DNA from: Candidatus Parcubacteria bacterium
GTDB taxonomy: Bacteria > Patescibacteriota > Minisyncoccia > UBA6257 > 2-01-FULL-56-20
Assembly: GCA_027450205.1 (NCBI GenBank)
Contig: DAIDJL010000004.1
Span: 204,413 to 268,412 of the forward strand
Length of the DNA stretch: 64,000 bases
Direction of reading: 5' to 3'
The notes beneath the pieces are model-generated. The model ran no database searches. It was not told the origin of the DNA and saw only the letters and a program-made list of their open reading frames with translations. Made by a program: the position numbers and the translations under genes. This document shows positions 9,708 through 19,051 of this stretch, in pieces; position 1 is the first letter of the stretch; each line of letters opens with the position of its first letter.

Positions 9708-11056
9708 AGAATGAACTTTACCGCTTCATCTGCCCGCTTTTCGAAATTTGGATCGACTTCCTCAAGAAGATCAAAATATCGGTATCCTAACTTTTCGGCA
9801 CGACTTCTGAGCAGCTTATTCAATGGAATTGTTTCGGTTGTTTCTCGTTCAACATCACGTCGCACGGCCTCTTCTCCACGAGTAAGGATATCGCGATAAA
9901 CATAGCTTTTTTCTTTTACCTTTTTCGCATAATCAATTCTTGCCTGGGCATGTGAAGGACTGCTGTAACCAATAAAAATTGGTCGGATCTCAAAATTTTT
10001 AAGCTCTAAATCGCTTATATTCTCTGGGGTTATGGCTACGCCCTCCAAAAGCAAATCTGGTCCCATACGATGATGGTCGTAATATTTAATCAATCCTAAG
10101 CTAGCCTTCCATGCAAAATAATCTTCGCCCTGATCCCCGGATTCAAATCGGACATCTTCACTCGTAGGAGTTGTTGCTAAGACTTTTATATTAGCCGTTG
10201 CAACTCCTGCCTTGCTCATGAAAAAAGTTTGATTAACGGTCCCGCGAACCCCATCAGTTTCAACGGATATTAATGAGAGGTCGTCCTTAGTTTCGTCTTT
10301 TATAACGATGGGCGCCAATAAATCCCCCTCAACTTTTCCCTGGGAGATCATATCAAAAGGTTTCAGATGCGCTTCAAAAACAATTTGTTTGAAAGTTTTT
10401 GGGTCTTCGCCAACAAGCACGCTACGCAAGCCGGCCAAAATCGCCTCACGAGTGAGCGGAATTAACTTATGATGTTCTTCGATCTTTTCTCGTATGTAAC
10501 TTTTTCCAGCTTTAGCGTAACCTCCAATTAAATAAAGACGCCTCTTTCTCTTTGGTATAGGTTGCCATTCATTTTTCTTGAGATCGCTTTTTGATATTTC
10601 AGAATTACTAATAGCGCCACAGTTGGGGCACACGGCAACAATTTTGCGGGGACCTCGCGGATCCCATCCTTCGACAAATTGAAGCCATAGTTTTGCGGAC
10701 GATGAAGCTCCCGATTTTTTACCAATTGCCTTCATCCGAAGTGCTTCCAAAACTTGAACCGTATATTCCTTATACCGCATGACGATCTGCCCGAGATATC
10801 TATTCCGGGCAGCTTCCCAATCAATTTTTCTGTTCCAATCCGTAAGGGTGCCAAGGTCTTTTATCCCGAATCGCTGGGCGAACTGTGTTTGAGTTTTTAT
10901 CCCTTCCAACTCTTTAAGTAAGGGGTCGTCATGTCCGTGCTGCTCAAGAATTTCTGCAGGAAGTCCCCGATACCCCGATGGAAGCATATTCCACAAGACG
11001 TAAAGCTCAAATTCTCGCTTTTTGTAAGGTGTGCGGTTTTTGGCATTTATTGGCAT
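9695..11056 (-). CDS. Hypothetical protein with an N-terminal HTH-like region, a CPNC zinc ribbon and a P-loop (GGYAKAGKS) kinase/NTPase-like domain
   Basis: The GxxxxGKS Walker A was read directly. There is an hhhhEG Walker-B-like LLLEGV. No confident family assignment is possible. Confidence 0.5.
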   Translation of the reverse strand: MPINAKNRTPYKKREFELYVLWNMLPSGYRGLPAEILEQHGHDDPLLKELEGIKTQTQFAQRFGIKDLGTLTDWNRKIDWEAARNRYLGQIVMRYKEYTVQVLEALRMKAIGKKSGASSSAKLWLQFVEGWDPRGPRKIVAVCPNCGAISNSEISKSDLKKNEWQPIPKRKRRLYLIGGYAKAGKSYIREKIEEHHKLIPLTREAILAGLRSVLVGEDPKTFKQIVFEAHLKPFDMISQGKVEGDLLAPIVIKDETKDDLSLISVETDGVRGTVNQTFFMSKAGVATANIKVLATTPTSEDVRFESGDQGEDYFAWKASLGLIKYYDHHRMGPDLLLEGVAITPENISDLELKNFEIRPIFIGYSSPSHAQARIDYAKKVKEKSYVYRDILTRGEEAVRRDVERETTETIPLNKLLRSRAEKLGYRYFDLLEEVDPNFEKRADEAVKFILQGE

Positions 11057-11130
11057 TTGTATTTATTGTACATCCTCCACCAAAGCATTTGCTAGCAGTA
11101 TTAGCGAAGCGTAGAATAGGCATACCTCTC

Positions 11131-11712
11131 ATGAAAAAGATCAATCTTAAATGGCAAAAAGAGGCACTTCTTAAAAGCGCGAAGGCTATCGCGACCTCCG
11201 CGGAAACTTATGTTATCTTTGCTCTCGTCCTTCTCCTCTGGCGATTTGCCGCAGGGATGAAATTCGAGCTGCATAATATTGATCCGTTTTCAACTCCCAC
11301 CTTTTTTGAGCGGTCGTTCTATAGCGCGATCACCTTTTTTACGACCGGGCGGATCTTATATAAGTTAGGCTTCTACAAATTACTTTGGGAACTCATTCAA
11401 GATTGGCGTGATTACGTTGCGATAAAAGGAATTATCTGGGTGATATTAATGGGCATATCATACGAATACATAGTTCCGTGGGCATTCGATATTTTGAACG
11501 GCATATCATCTTTGCTTTTCAACATAGCCAATTTCGCATTGTATATGACCCCACCGATTGGGATAGCGGCTATTTTGAGCGCCATCTATTTTATCTATAA
11601 GCCGGATCCGGTAGTGCTTGATGTTAGAATGGAGCCTGACCAGGAGGGGTTGCCAATACCCATCCCCCTACCCTCAGAAGTGCCCGTGAACACTGATATC
11701 TACAACGACTAG
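11131..11712 (+). CDS. Hypothetical integral membrane protein (4 predicted TM)
   Basis: Start chosen at MKKINLKW. The longer ORF from 10978 overlaps the upstream gene. Confidence 0.45.
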   Translation: MKKINLKWQKEALLKSAKAIATSAETYVIFALVLLLWRFAAGMKFELHNIDPFSTPTFFERSFYSAITFFTTGRILYKLGFYKLLWELIQDWRDYVAIKGIIWVILMGISYEYIVPWAFDILNGISSLLFNIANFALYMTPPIGIAAILSAIYFIYKPDPVVLDVRMEPDQEGLPIPIPLPSEVPVNTDIYND

Positions 11713-11790
11713 ACCAGAGTACGCAGCCGACAAACGCCAAGTTGTTTGGCGAGAAAATCTGTTTCGTTTTGTCACATACCCGAACCTTGA

Positions 11791-14295
11791 TCAGGGCAGC
11801 TGCGGGATCGGAAGGTTCAGCGACGGGCACATAATCATATTGATCAAGCGCTGGGTTGTCTTATAGACATAGCCCGTCGGGGCAACGGCGTTCACCAACC
11901 CATGCGGAACCCAGGGAGCAAGGACATCGCTGGAATATTTCAATTGGAACTGGCGCACGGCCGCTTCAGATACCGGACCATAATAGCCGCTGATCGGGAT
12001 ATTCAAGCCGAGCTCTTTGTTCAAGAACACCTGCAGCTTCATCACTTCCACGGGATCGTTCTGCCCGTTCGCGTACCGCGCCGGCGTGATGTATCCCGTC
12101 AGATAATATCCGCATGTCGTGCTGGCGCCGAGTACCTGGCCCTGCTCCGCCGGAGGTGCCGTTACCACGATCGGCGCGGGTGCGGTAGTGGAAGCTCCAA
12201 GCACCAATCCCTGGCCGATCGGCGCCAATCGCCCTCCGGCGGCGACCCCTACGGTCGCTCCGCCGCCTCCGCCGGTATTATTGTTGCCGTTGGTTCCATC
12301 ATTGCTTCCGCCGCTCCGCACGACGACCGTCACAGAAGAAGTGTTGTCCTCGGGGGTCGGATCCGTAAAGCTGCCGAGCGTGCTTGATACCGTCGCGGTG
12401 TTCACGATCGTATTTCCCGCCTCTCCCTGCCCCACTGTCATTGCGATGGTCATCGTCGCTGTTGCGTGGGGTTCCAGCGTTCCCACCTCCCAATTTACGC
12501 CGTTGCCGACAAGGGCAAGTGATCCCTGAGAAGATGTCGCATTCGCAAAGGTCAGCGCCGTCGGCCACGTATCATTCCCCGTCACGAACGCCGCCGGGGC
12601 ATCGCCGCTGTTTTCAACCATGATGGAATACACAATGCCCGTTCCGGGATCGGGATTCGCATTGTCCACCGCCTTGCTCACGGCAAGATCCGGCCCGATC
12701 GTACCACCCCCGCCGCTTATCACCGGAAGCGTGATGCTGGAACTATTATTGGAAAGATTCAGATCTTCGCTCCATTCATCGCCGGCAACGGAGGCCGTGT
12801 TCGTAATGGCAGATGCGTCGATTCCCGGGTCCACAAGAGCGGAAAGATCAAGCGTCGCGCCGGAACCGGCGGAGAGGGTTCCGATCAGCCACGCGCCCGT
12901 CGAGCTTTCATAGCTGCCGATCGATGTGGTCGCATTCATGAACATGAGCCCATCCGGCAGGAGGTCCTCCGCTGTAATACCGGTAGAAGTTGCCGGGCCG
13001 AGGTTCGCGACCGCGATCCGATATCGAACGATGCTCCCCGGAGCCGTCGATGTCGCCTCGGCGGTCTTTTCCACAGAGAGATCGGCCTGCGGTATGATCA
13101 TCGGCCCGCTGAACACCGCCACGATCGTGCTTCCGGTCGTCGCCGAATCAATGGAGAAGGAACAGGAAGTCGACGTCGCGCCGGCGCACGGGCCCGTACT
13201 CCATAGCGCGAACGTGGAACTCGCATCCGGCGTGGCGAAGAGAGTCACAGGCGTTCCGATAGCGAACACCTGCATACAAACGGACGAGGTCGCATCGGCG
13301 GAATCGCAATAGATCGTTCCCGAGGCATCCGTAATGACGCCGTCCCCGGTGCCGCCCGTGGCAACCGTAAGCGCATAGGTTTGGATCCCGAATGCGGCAC
13401 TCACTTCGGCATCCGCCGACATTGTGACCGTGCAGACGCTGGATGTCCCGGCCGACGCACATGCGCCGCCCCATCCTTCAAATGTCGATGTGGGAACGTC
13501 GGGGCTCGCCGTAAGCGTCACCGTAGCATCCTTCGGGAAGTTCGCCGTACAGACCGCGCCCGCCGTGCCGCACGAGATCCCTGCCGGATCGCTCGCTATC
13601 GTTCCGGTCCCTTCACCCGTGGTGGTGGCCGTCAGAGTGCGGGTGGGACCCGATATGAACCGGACGTCGATCGTGTGATCGTCTGTGATATCGGTAAAGG
13701 TATAAGAATCCGCGGTCGTGGTGGAAACGCCGTCAATAAGAAGGGCGCCTACCGTTCCCCCGCCCGACGGAACCATCGTAAAGGTCTGATCGCCGTGATA
13801 CCCGACGGTCATGGTGCCAGCCGGAGCGATCGTCCCGCCGTCCCCCGCCACGGCGACGATCCTTGGACGAACCGTCACGGTGGTCGTTGCCGCGGCATAC
13901 TGTTCGTTATCCTCGCTCACTTCGCCGTGATAGGCCATTGCCGTCACGATATATTCCCCCGGTCCGGCATACGTATGCGTCGCGGACCATGTCGCGGAAA
14001 ATGTTTTCGGAGAGGCACTGGATGAAACGATGACAAAGTCGCTCACGGGAACCGTACGCCCGCCGTCGCCCCAATCCGTCACGCCAACATGAACGGCACT
14101 CAGCGAACCTGTATATGGGTTCGCTCCCGCCGTTCCTTGAAGGGTCACCGTCCGTTCAGGCTCGTCCAAGACTGTTGAAGCGATGTCTATGGAGTAGTTC
14201 ACCGGGATCGCAAAAACCGAAAGCGCGGGTGCTACCGCACCCCCCACAGCAACGGCGCCGAATATGATCAAATTAAAAACAAGTTTTTTGTTCAT
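11791..14295 (-). CDS. Large secreted cell-surface protein. It has a signal peptide, a PKD-like domain, several InlB-type B-repeat domains (C..C..F.GW.G.C motifs), DUF11-like repeats and a C-terminal peptidoglycan-binding domain.
   Basis: The N-terminal signal is MNKKLVFNLIIFGAVAV. Repeated modules are Gly/Thr/Ala-rich. The C-terminus KLQVFLNKELGLNIPISGYYGPVSEAAVRQFQ resembles PG_binding_1. Confidence 0.7.
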   Translation of the reverse strand: MNKKLVFNLIIFGAVAVGGAVAPALSVFAIPVNYSIDIASTVLDEPERTVTLQGTAGANPYTGSLSAVHVGVTDWGDGGRTVPVSDFVIVSSSASPKTFSATWSATHTYAGPGEYIVTAMAYHGEVSEDNEQYAAATTTVTVRPRIVAVAGDGGTIAPAGTMTVGYHGDQTFTMVPSGGGTVGALLIDGVSTTTADSYTFTDITDDHTIDVRFISGPTRTLTATTTGEGTGTIASDPAGISCGTAGAVCTANFPKDATVTLTASPDVPTSTFEGWGGACASAGTSSVCTVTMSADAEVSAAFGIQTYALTVATGGTGDGVITDASGTIYCDSADATSSVCMQVFAIGTPVTLFATPDASSTFALWSTGPCAGATSTSCSFSIDSATTGSTIVAVFSGPMIIPQADLSVEKTAEATSTAPGSIVRYRIAVANLGPATSTGITAEDLLPDGLMFMNATTSIGSYESSTGAWLIGTLSAGSGATLDLSALVDPGIDASAITNTASVAGDEWSEDLNLSNNSSSITLPVISGGGGTIGPDLAVSKAVDNANPDPGTGIVYSIMVENSGDAPAAFVTGNDTWPTALTFANATSSQGSLALVGNGVNWEVGTLEPHATATMTIAMTVGQGEAGNTIVNTATVSSTLGSFTDPTPEDNTSSVTVVVRSGGSNDGTNGNNNTGGGGGATVGVAAGGRLAPIGQGLVLGASTTAPAPIVVTAPPAEQGQVLGASTTCGYYLTGYITPARYANGQNDPVEVMKLQVFLNKELGLNIPISGYYGPVSEAAVRQFQLKYSSDVLAPWVPHGLVNAVAPTGYVYKTTQRLINMIMCPSLNLPIPQLP

Positions 14296-14745
14296 GTTAT
14301 TTTTATCGGGCGAGGCATTGACTTACATTCATTGACCTTGTCCGACATGTACTACAACATCCCCTATGCCGTATTACAAGACGAATGAGCAACCTCAAAA
14401 CGCCCTCAGCAAAACGCAAGGATGCCTTACTCTTCTTTTTTGTTTTGTCCGCATGTCCAGCGAACAGCGAACATATACCACAACGGGCCGCGACCGGCCC
14501 ATGCGCAGTTTCTTTGCCTTGGTATCACACGAGAGCCCAAACTCTCTGCGCTCTCACCGACATCCCACGGGATGGCACGATCTTGAGCGTCTGCGATGGC
14601 CAGTTCGATCAAAGAACTCGGCACTGGGTTTTTGGTAGCGGCCCACTCACTATTACATCCGCTCTTGGGATTCCTAACCATCGCAGACGGTGGCCGCAAC
14701 ACATCCCGTCCGTATCGGAAAAATCCTGGATCGAGGTGTCTGGCA

Positions 14746-15855
14746 CTATCCCAAAAACCTCTTCACCCTCGCTGCCAATTCCTGTTGCACCCGCGCATTC
14801 ACTTTTTTACCCGCGAGCAATAAAAAATTATAGTCCGATGGATAACCGGCGAGCTCCATAAAACCGACGCCACTTACTTTCTTGCCGCCGACCGTGGCGG
14901 CAACGGCGATCGGGCCTTCCCAATAATTGATGGCGCCGAAGATCATTTCCTGATCGTGCATCCGCGCGTGCGTTGTAAGCGTGATACCTTTTTCCGGTAT
15001 GGAAATATTCCACGCGAGCGGATATTCGGCCTTCGTCGTTTTACTCTTCCAGATTTCCGATCCGGAAGAAAACGCCGCTTCAGAAACATGCGACGCCTTG
15101 CCGTGCGCATCCAAAATGTCCACGACACGATCCTTCCCCTTGCCGTCATCATATTCCACGCACATGATATCCATGCCATTTTCAAGCTGGATGGAAAACC
15201 ATGTCCACCTGTCTTTTGCGTAAGGCGTATCCGCCCATTGGTGATCCATCCATGAGCGGCCGGTCACGGAGACCCATCCGTCATCGGTACCCGCGCCTCT
15301 GCCCGCGCCGGCGCCAGGGACACGAATCATGCCCGTAGCTTTGAGGTCGGTCAGCGAATAGTAAAAACTTTCACGGCCACGCACGGAAATGAATCCGTTG
15401 CCGCCCTCAAGCATCACCGGGCGGCGCGATTCCAGCAGAAGATCGATCGTTTCGGTTTTGATATGGAATTTTCCCGGTGCGATCTCCGCCATCTCATGCG
15501 CCACGAACCCGCCAGCGACGGAGACCGGATCTATATAGTTTGCGTAAAAAAGCGGCCGTGTGAACGTATCGCGCGAAGCAAGCGAGATGTTCTGCACGTC
15601 CTTCCATGTTTTTCCCGCGCCAAGGTCCGCCAGCATGGAATGCGCAAAAAGTGCATAACGCCCCGCCTTGCCCGCACCGAAAATATTTTTAAAATATGGG
15701 ATCTTTACCTTATCCGCATCCGCGCGAAACAGGCAATCCATGAACGCATAATGATTGCCTCGCACATCCGTTAAAAAACCATTAAAGTACCACCATTCAA
15801 TGATGGTATCGTGCGGCAACGTATCTTGCGGAAACCGTATCGCGCGCGGTTTCAT
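14746..15855 (-). CDS. CrtC/AttH-like (hydroxyneurosporene-synthase-like lipocalin domain) protein
   Basis: An N-terminal EWWYFNG motif is typical of the CrtC/AttH family. Moderate confidence. Confidence 0.5.
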   Translation of the reverse strand: MKPRAIRFPQDTLPHDTIIEWWYFNGFLTDVRGNHYAFMDCLFRADADKVKIPYFKNIFGAGKAGRYALFAHSMLADLGAGKTWKDVQNISLASRDTFTRPLFYANYIDPVSVAGGFVAHEMAEIAPGKFHIKTETIDLLLESRRPVMLEGGNGFISVRGRESFYYSLTDLKATGMIRVPGAGAGRGAGTDDGWVSVTGRSWMDHQWADTPYAKDRWTWFSIQLENGMDIMCVEYDDGKGKDRVVDILDAHGKASHVSEAAFSSGSEIWKSKTTKAEYPLAWNISIPEKGITLTTHARMHDQEMIFGAINYWEGPIAVAATVGGKKVSGVGFMELAGYPSDYNFLLLAGKKVNARVQQELAARVKRFLG

Positions 15856-16517
15856 GAGAATGTCCTGCTCTCCCCCGCTCCGAGGGCCACGTATTCCACG
15901 CCATCGGCCTTAAGAAAATTCTGAAGCATCGCCACCACAAACCCGCCGAAGCCCGGCACGATCATTCCGTCGTGCACGCCGAACGCGACGCGTGGTTTTA
16001 CCGCCTTGGCAAAGTCTATCGCCTCGCTGATCTTCATCCACGGGCCGGCGACCGGAAGTGCAAGTACGTCGATCGGACGTTTTGGGTCATAGAATGCATC
16101 GCCGGGAAAATAGAACTTGCCCGCAACGAGATATCCGGTATTCTCGCACGCCCCCATGGTGCCGTATATGATCGCATGATCCTTACCGAAGCCTTCTATC
16201 AATATTCCGGCCGAACCGTTTCCCGCTCCCACCGTTGCGGACTGCATATCGCCTACCACCGTGCACGGAATGTTCTTTTCCGCCAAAAGCTTCGCAACCG
16301 CACCGTTGCTCACCACGGTCGCACCCGGATTATTGGCCAATACCGCCTGGACGGACTCGATGTGATAGTGGTCGGTGTGCTCGTGGGTGATAAGAATGAC
16401 GTTGATCCCTGTTACCGTCTTGACGGGCTCGATCGTGAACGACCCGGGATCGGTCAATATTTTCATTCCTTCATTTTCCAACACCAAACAACAGTGCCCA
16501 AGTTTTGTGATGATCAT
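15852..16517 (-). CDS. Metallo-beta-lactamase-fold hydrolase
   Basis: The HEHTDH (HxHxDH) motif and the downstream His/Asp ligand pattern are present. Confidence 0.8.
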   Translation of the reverse strand: MIITKLGHCCLVLENEGMKILTDPGSFTIEPVKTVTGINVILITHEHTDHYHIESVQAVLANNPGATVVSNGAVAKLLAEKNIPCTVVGDMQSATVGAGNGSAGILIEGFGKDHAIIYGTMGACENTGYLVAGKFYFPGDAFYDPKRPIDVLALPVAGPWMKISEAIDFAKAVKPRVAFGVHDGMIVPGFGGFVVAMLQNFLKADGVEYVALGAGESRTFS

Positions 16518-16557
16518 ATAACCATTATACCAAACAAAATCCCTGTCCCGCGATTTT

Positions 16558-17424
16558 CTATCGCGCCATTTTTATGTGCTCCCTCCCTCCGTGTTCATGC
16601 GTTGCCCGAATGCGCGGATGCGCCCAGTGCCCGACGGTTATCGCAGCACCATAAGTGACCGCGGCGAGCGCGGCGATATAAAAGCTGACCGGCCAGGAGG
16701 TTGCAAGTGCGAGAAACAGGCCTCCCCACGTGAAGGCGAGGCCGAGTGCGGCGGAAATGGCGATGGCGGTGAAGGGCTTGCGTGTAAGATGCTGCGCTGC
16801 CGCGGCGGGCGCCACGATAAGCGCAAACACAAGCAATACTCCCACCACTTGGATCGCTTCCGCAACAGTGATCGCAAGCAATAGTATGAAAATTATCGAG
16901 AGCGCCTTTATGGGCACGCCGCGCGCTTCTGCCACCTCCGGATCGATGGAACTGAAGAGCAAGGGGCGAAAGATCGCCGCAAGCACCACAAGCGTCCCGA
17001 TCCCAAATACGAGCGTGAGAACGATATCCGCATGCGTCACGCTCAAAATGGACCCGAACAACACGCTCACTGTTTCGCTCGCAGAATTGGTGTAAAGCCG
17101 CAAAAAGAGCACGCCAAGGCCGAGCGCAAAGGAAAGGATCATGCCGATCTCCACGTCGCGCCCGCGGATGCGCTTGCCGAGCGCCCCCATCCCAAGCGCC
17201 GCCGCCATGGTAAACCCCGCCATGCCGAGCAATCCGCTCACGCCCAGGAGCGCCGCGAGCGTTGCGCCCGCAAACCCAACGTGCGAAAGCGCGTGTGCGG
17301 CGAACGCCTGTGCGCGCAACACCGCAAAATATCCCACGATGGCCGCCACGACCGCGATCAACGTTCCCGCCATAAATGCGTTCACTACGAATGGCTGCTG
17401 CAATAATTGGATAAAAGTATTCAT
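16558..17424 (-). CDS. Metal (Mn/Zn/Fe) ABC transporter permease, TroD/ZnuB-like (ABC-3 family)
   Basis: It is a polytopic ABC-3 permease and a paralogue of the upstream permease. Confidence 0.85.
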   Translation of the reverse strand: MNTFIQLLQQPFVVNAFMAGTLIAVVAAIVGYFAVLRAQAFAAHALSHVGFAGATLAALLGVSGLLGMAGFTMAAALGMGALGKRIRGRDVEIGMILSFALGLGVLFLRLYTNSASETVSVLFGSILSVTHADIVLTLVFGIGTLVVLAAIFRPLLFSSIDPEVAEARGVPIKALSIIFILLLAITVAEAIQVVGVLLVFALIVAPAAAAQHLTRKPFTAIAISAALGLAFTWGGLFLALATSWPVSFYIAALAAVTYGAAITVGHWAHPRIRATHEHGGREHIKMAR

Positions 17425-17430
17425 ATCGGA

Positions 17431-18240
17431 TTACGCGCGGGCGGTGAGCAATCGTACCGGAAGATAAACACAGAACGATATCGTCGCAATATAGAACGTG
17501 ACCGGCCAGGTCCCCGTCGCCGCAAGGAATATTCCGAGCCATGTGTACGCGAGCGCAAGCGCGACCGATACCGCCACTGCATAGAGGGGGGCATTGACGA
17601 GGCGCGTTGCCGTGGCGGCGGGACCAACGAGCAGGGTGAATATCAAAAGCACGCCGACCACCTGTACCGACATGGAGACGGCGACGGCGACCAGTACGAG
17701 AAAAATGATGCCGAGGGCGCGTACGGGAACGCCGCGCGCTTCTGCCACCTCCGGATCGATGGAGCTGAAGAGCAAAGGGCGAAAGATCGCCGCGAGTACC
17801 ACAAGCGTCCCGATCCCAAACAGCACGGTGACCAAAACATCTATCCTGCTGATTCCCAAAATCGTCCCGAACAATATGCTGTATGCCTGTTCCGCATAGC
17901 CCCTATAGAGCGATATGAAAAGCGCGCCAAGGCCAAGCATCAACATCATGATGATGCCGATATTGATATCCTCCTCGCGCATGTCCTTGCCGAACACGCC
18001 GATCCCGATGCCTGAGGCAACGGTAAAAAGCAGTAATCCAACCATCGGGTCAACACCGACCAAGAGCGCGCCGGCGGCGCCGGCGAAGCCGATGTGCGAA
18101 AGTGCGTGGCCGGCGAACGTAAGCCCCCGCATCACCAAAAAATATCCGACAAAGCCGGCTACCACCGCCACGACCGAGCCGGCAAGAAATGCATTTTGAA
18201 TGAATGGGTATTGAAAGATCGAGTTCATGCCTTTACGCAA
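17431..18240 (-). CDS. Metal ABC transporter permease, TroC/ZnuB-like (ABC-3 family)
   Basis: It is an ABC-3 permease. It shares a ~92-nt near-identical stretch with the paralogue. Confidence 0.85.
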   Translation of the reverse strand: MRKGMNSIFQYPFIQNAFLAGSVVAVVAGFVGYFLVMRGLTFAGHALSHIGFAGAAGALLVGVDPMVGLLLFTVASGIGIGVFGKDMREEDINIGIIMMLMLGLGALFISLYRGYAEQAYSILFGTILGISRIDVLVTVLFGIGTLVVLAAIFRPLLFSSIDPEVAEARGVPVRALGIIFLVLVAVAVSMSVQVVGVLLIFTLLVGPAATATRLVNAPLYAVAVSVALALAYTWLGIFLAATGTWPVTFYIATISFCVYLPVRLLTARA

Positions 18241-18254
18241 TATCCCGCGCGCCT

Positions 18255-19025
18255 TTATATTTCCGCACCGGCCACGAATACATGGCCGCCGCTCCGCACC
18301 ACCTCCACCTTGGCACCATAAAGTTTGGAAAGCGTTGCGCTCGTCACGACCTCGTCCGGCGTGCCCATCGCACTATGCCCGCGCGCAAGATAGAGCACGC
18401 GATGCGCCGCCGGCAGGAGCGGGTTGATGTCGTGCGAGATCAGCATGATCGTGACGCAACGATGCTTTGCGATCTCCGTAAGCAGCGAAATGATCTCCTG
18501 TGCATGGCTGATATCAAGATTGGAAAGCGGCTCATCAAGCAGCAATATCTGCGGATCGGTGATGAGCGCCTGTGCAATGAGCAATCGCTGCTGTTCGCCC
18601 CCGGAAAGATGTCCCACCGGCACATTCGCGAACTGATACGCATCCACTTCCTTCAAGACCGCTTCGATCATTTTATCGCGTTTGCTGGTGCCGAAACCGA
18701 TCCCCCACTTATTCCCGTCCAATCCGAAGCCGACCACGTCGCGCGCGCGGAGTGCGAGCTCCGTTTCCAGCACGCGATGCTGCGGCGCGTAACCGATATT
18801 ACTGTCGCCCCGATGAGGGATGGCGCCAAGCACGCGAATATCTCCTTTTGTCGGCTTTAAAAGCCCAAGCAACAATTTGAAAAGCGTCGTCTTACCCGCG
18901 CCGTTCGGCCCGAGAATCGCTACGAATTCCCCCTTTTCCACCGAAAAACTAACATCATTGAATATCGCATGCCCACCCAACTCGACGGTCACACCGTCGA
19001 GGAAAATAACATTTTGGGGATCCAT
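18255..19025 (-). CDS. Metal ABC transporter ATP-binding protein (TroB/ZnuC-like)
   Basis: The Walker A is GPNGAGKTT, the signature is LSGGEQQR and the Walker B is LLLDEP. Confidence 0.9.
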   Translation of the reverse strand: MDPQNVIFLDGVTVELGGHAIFNDVSFSVEKGEFVAILGPNGAGKTTLFKLLLGLLKPTKGDIRVLGAIPHRGDSNIGYAPQHRVLETELALRARDVVGFGLDGNKWGIGFGTSKRDKMIEAVLKEVDAYQFANVPVGHLSGGEQQRLLIAQALITDPQILLLDEPLSNLDISHAQEIISLLTEIAKHRCVTIMLISHDINPLLPAAHRVLYLARGHSAMGTPDEVVTSATLSKLYGAKVEVVRSGGHVFVAGAEI

Positions 19026-19051
19026 GATCTTATTTTACACTACTTCGCGCA

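Larger units (their letters stand above)
3402..11790. mobile_element. AT-rich putative integrated island abutting the tRNA-Gln 3' end (KAP NTPase, serine recombinase, XRE and membrane/P-loop cargo). The right boundary is uncertain and the core may be only 3402-8150.
   Basis: There is an abrupt drop in G+C relative to the flanks. The island sits next to a tRNA, contains a large serine recombinase, and is filled with hypothetical or accessory genes. Confidence 0.4.

Noticed and set aside
9695-11056. Calling the 453-aa island protein a phage small terminase or a zeta-toxin
   Set aside because: Only a generic HTH-like segment and a Walker A/B pair are visible. The evidence is insufficient for either family, so it is kept as an HTH, zinc-ribbon and P-loop hypothetical.
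14385-14861. 158-aa ORF in the 450-bp gap upstream of the surface-protein gene
   Set aside because: It has no motifs and overlaps the 3' end of the CrtC-like gene on the opposite strand. It is treated as non-coding, and the gap is reported as a finding instead.
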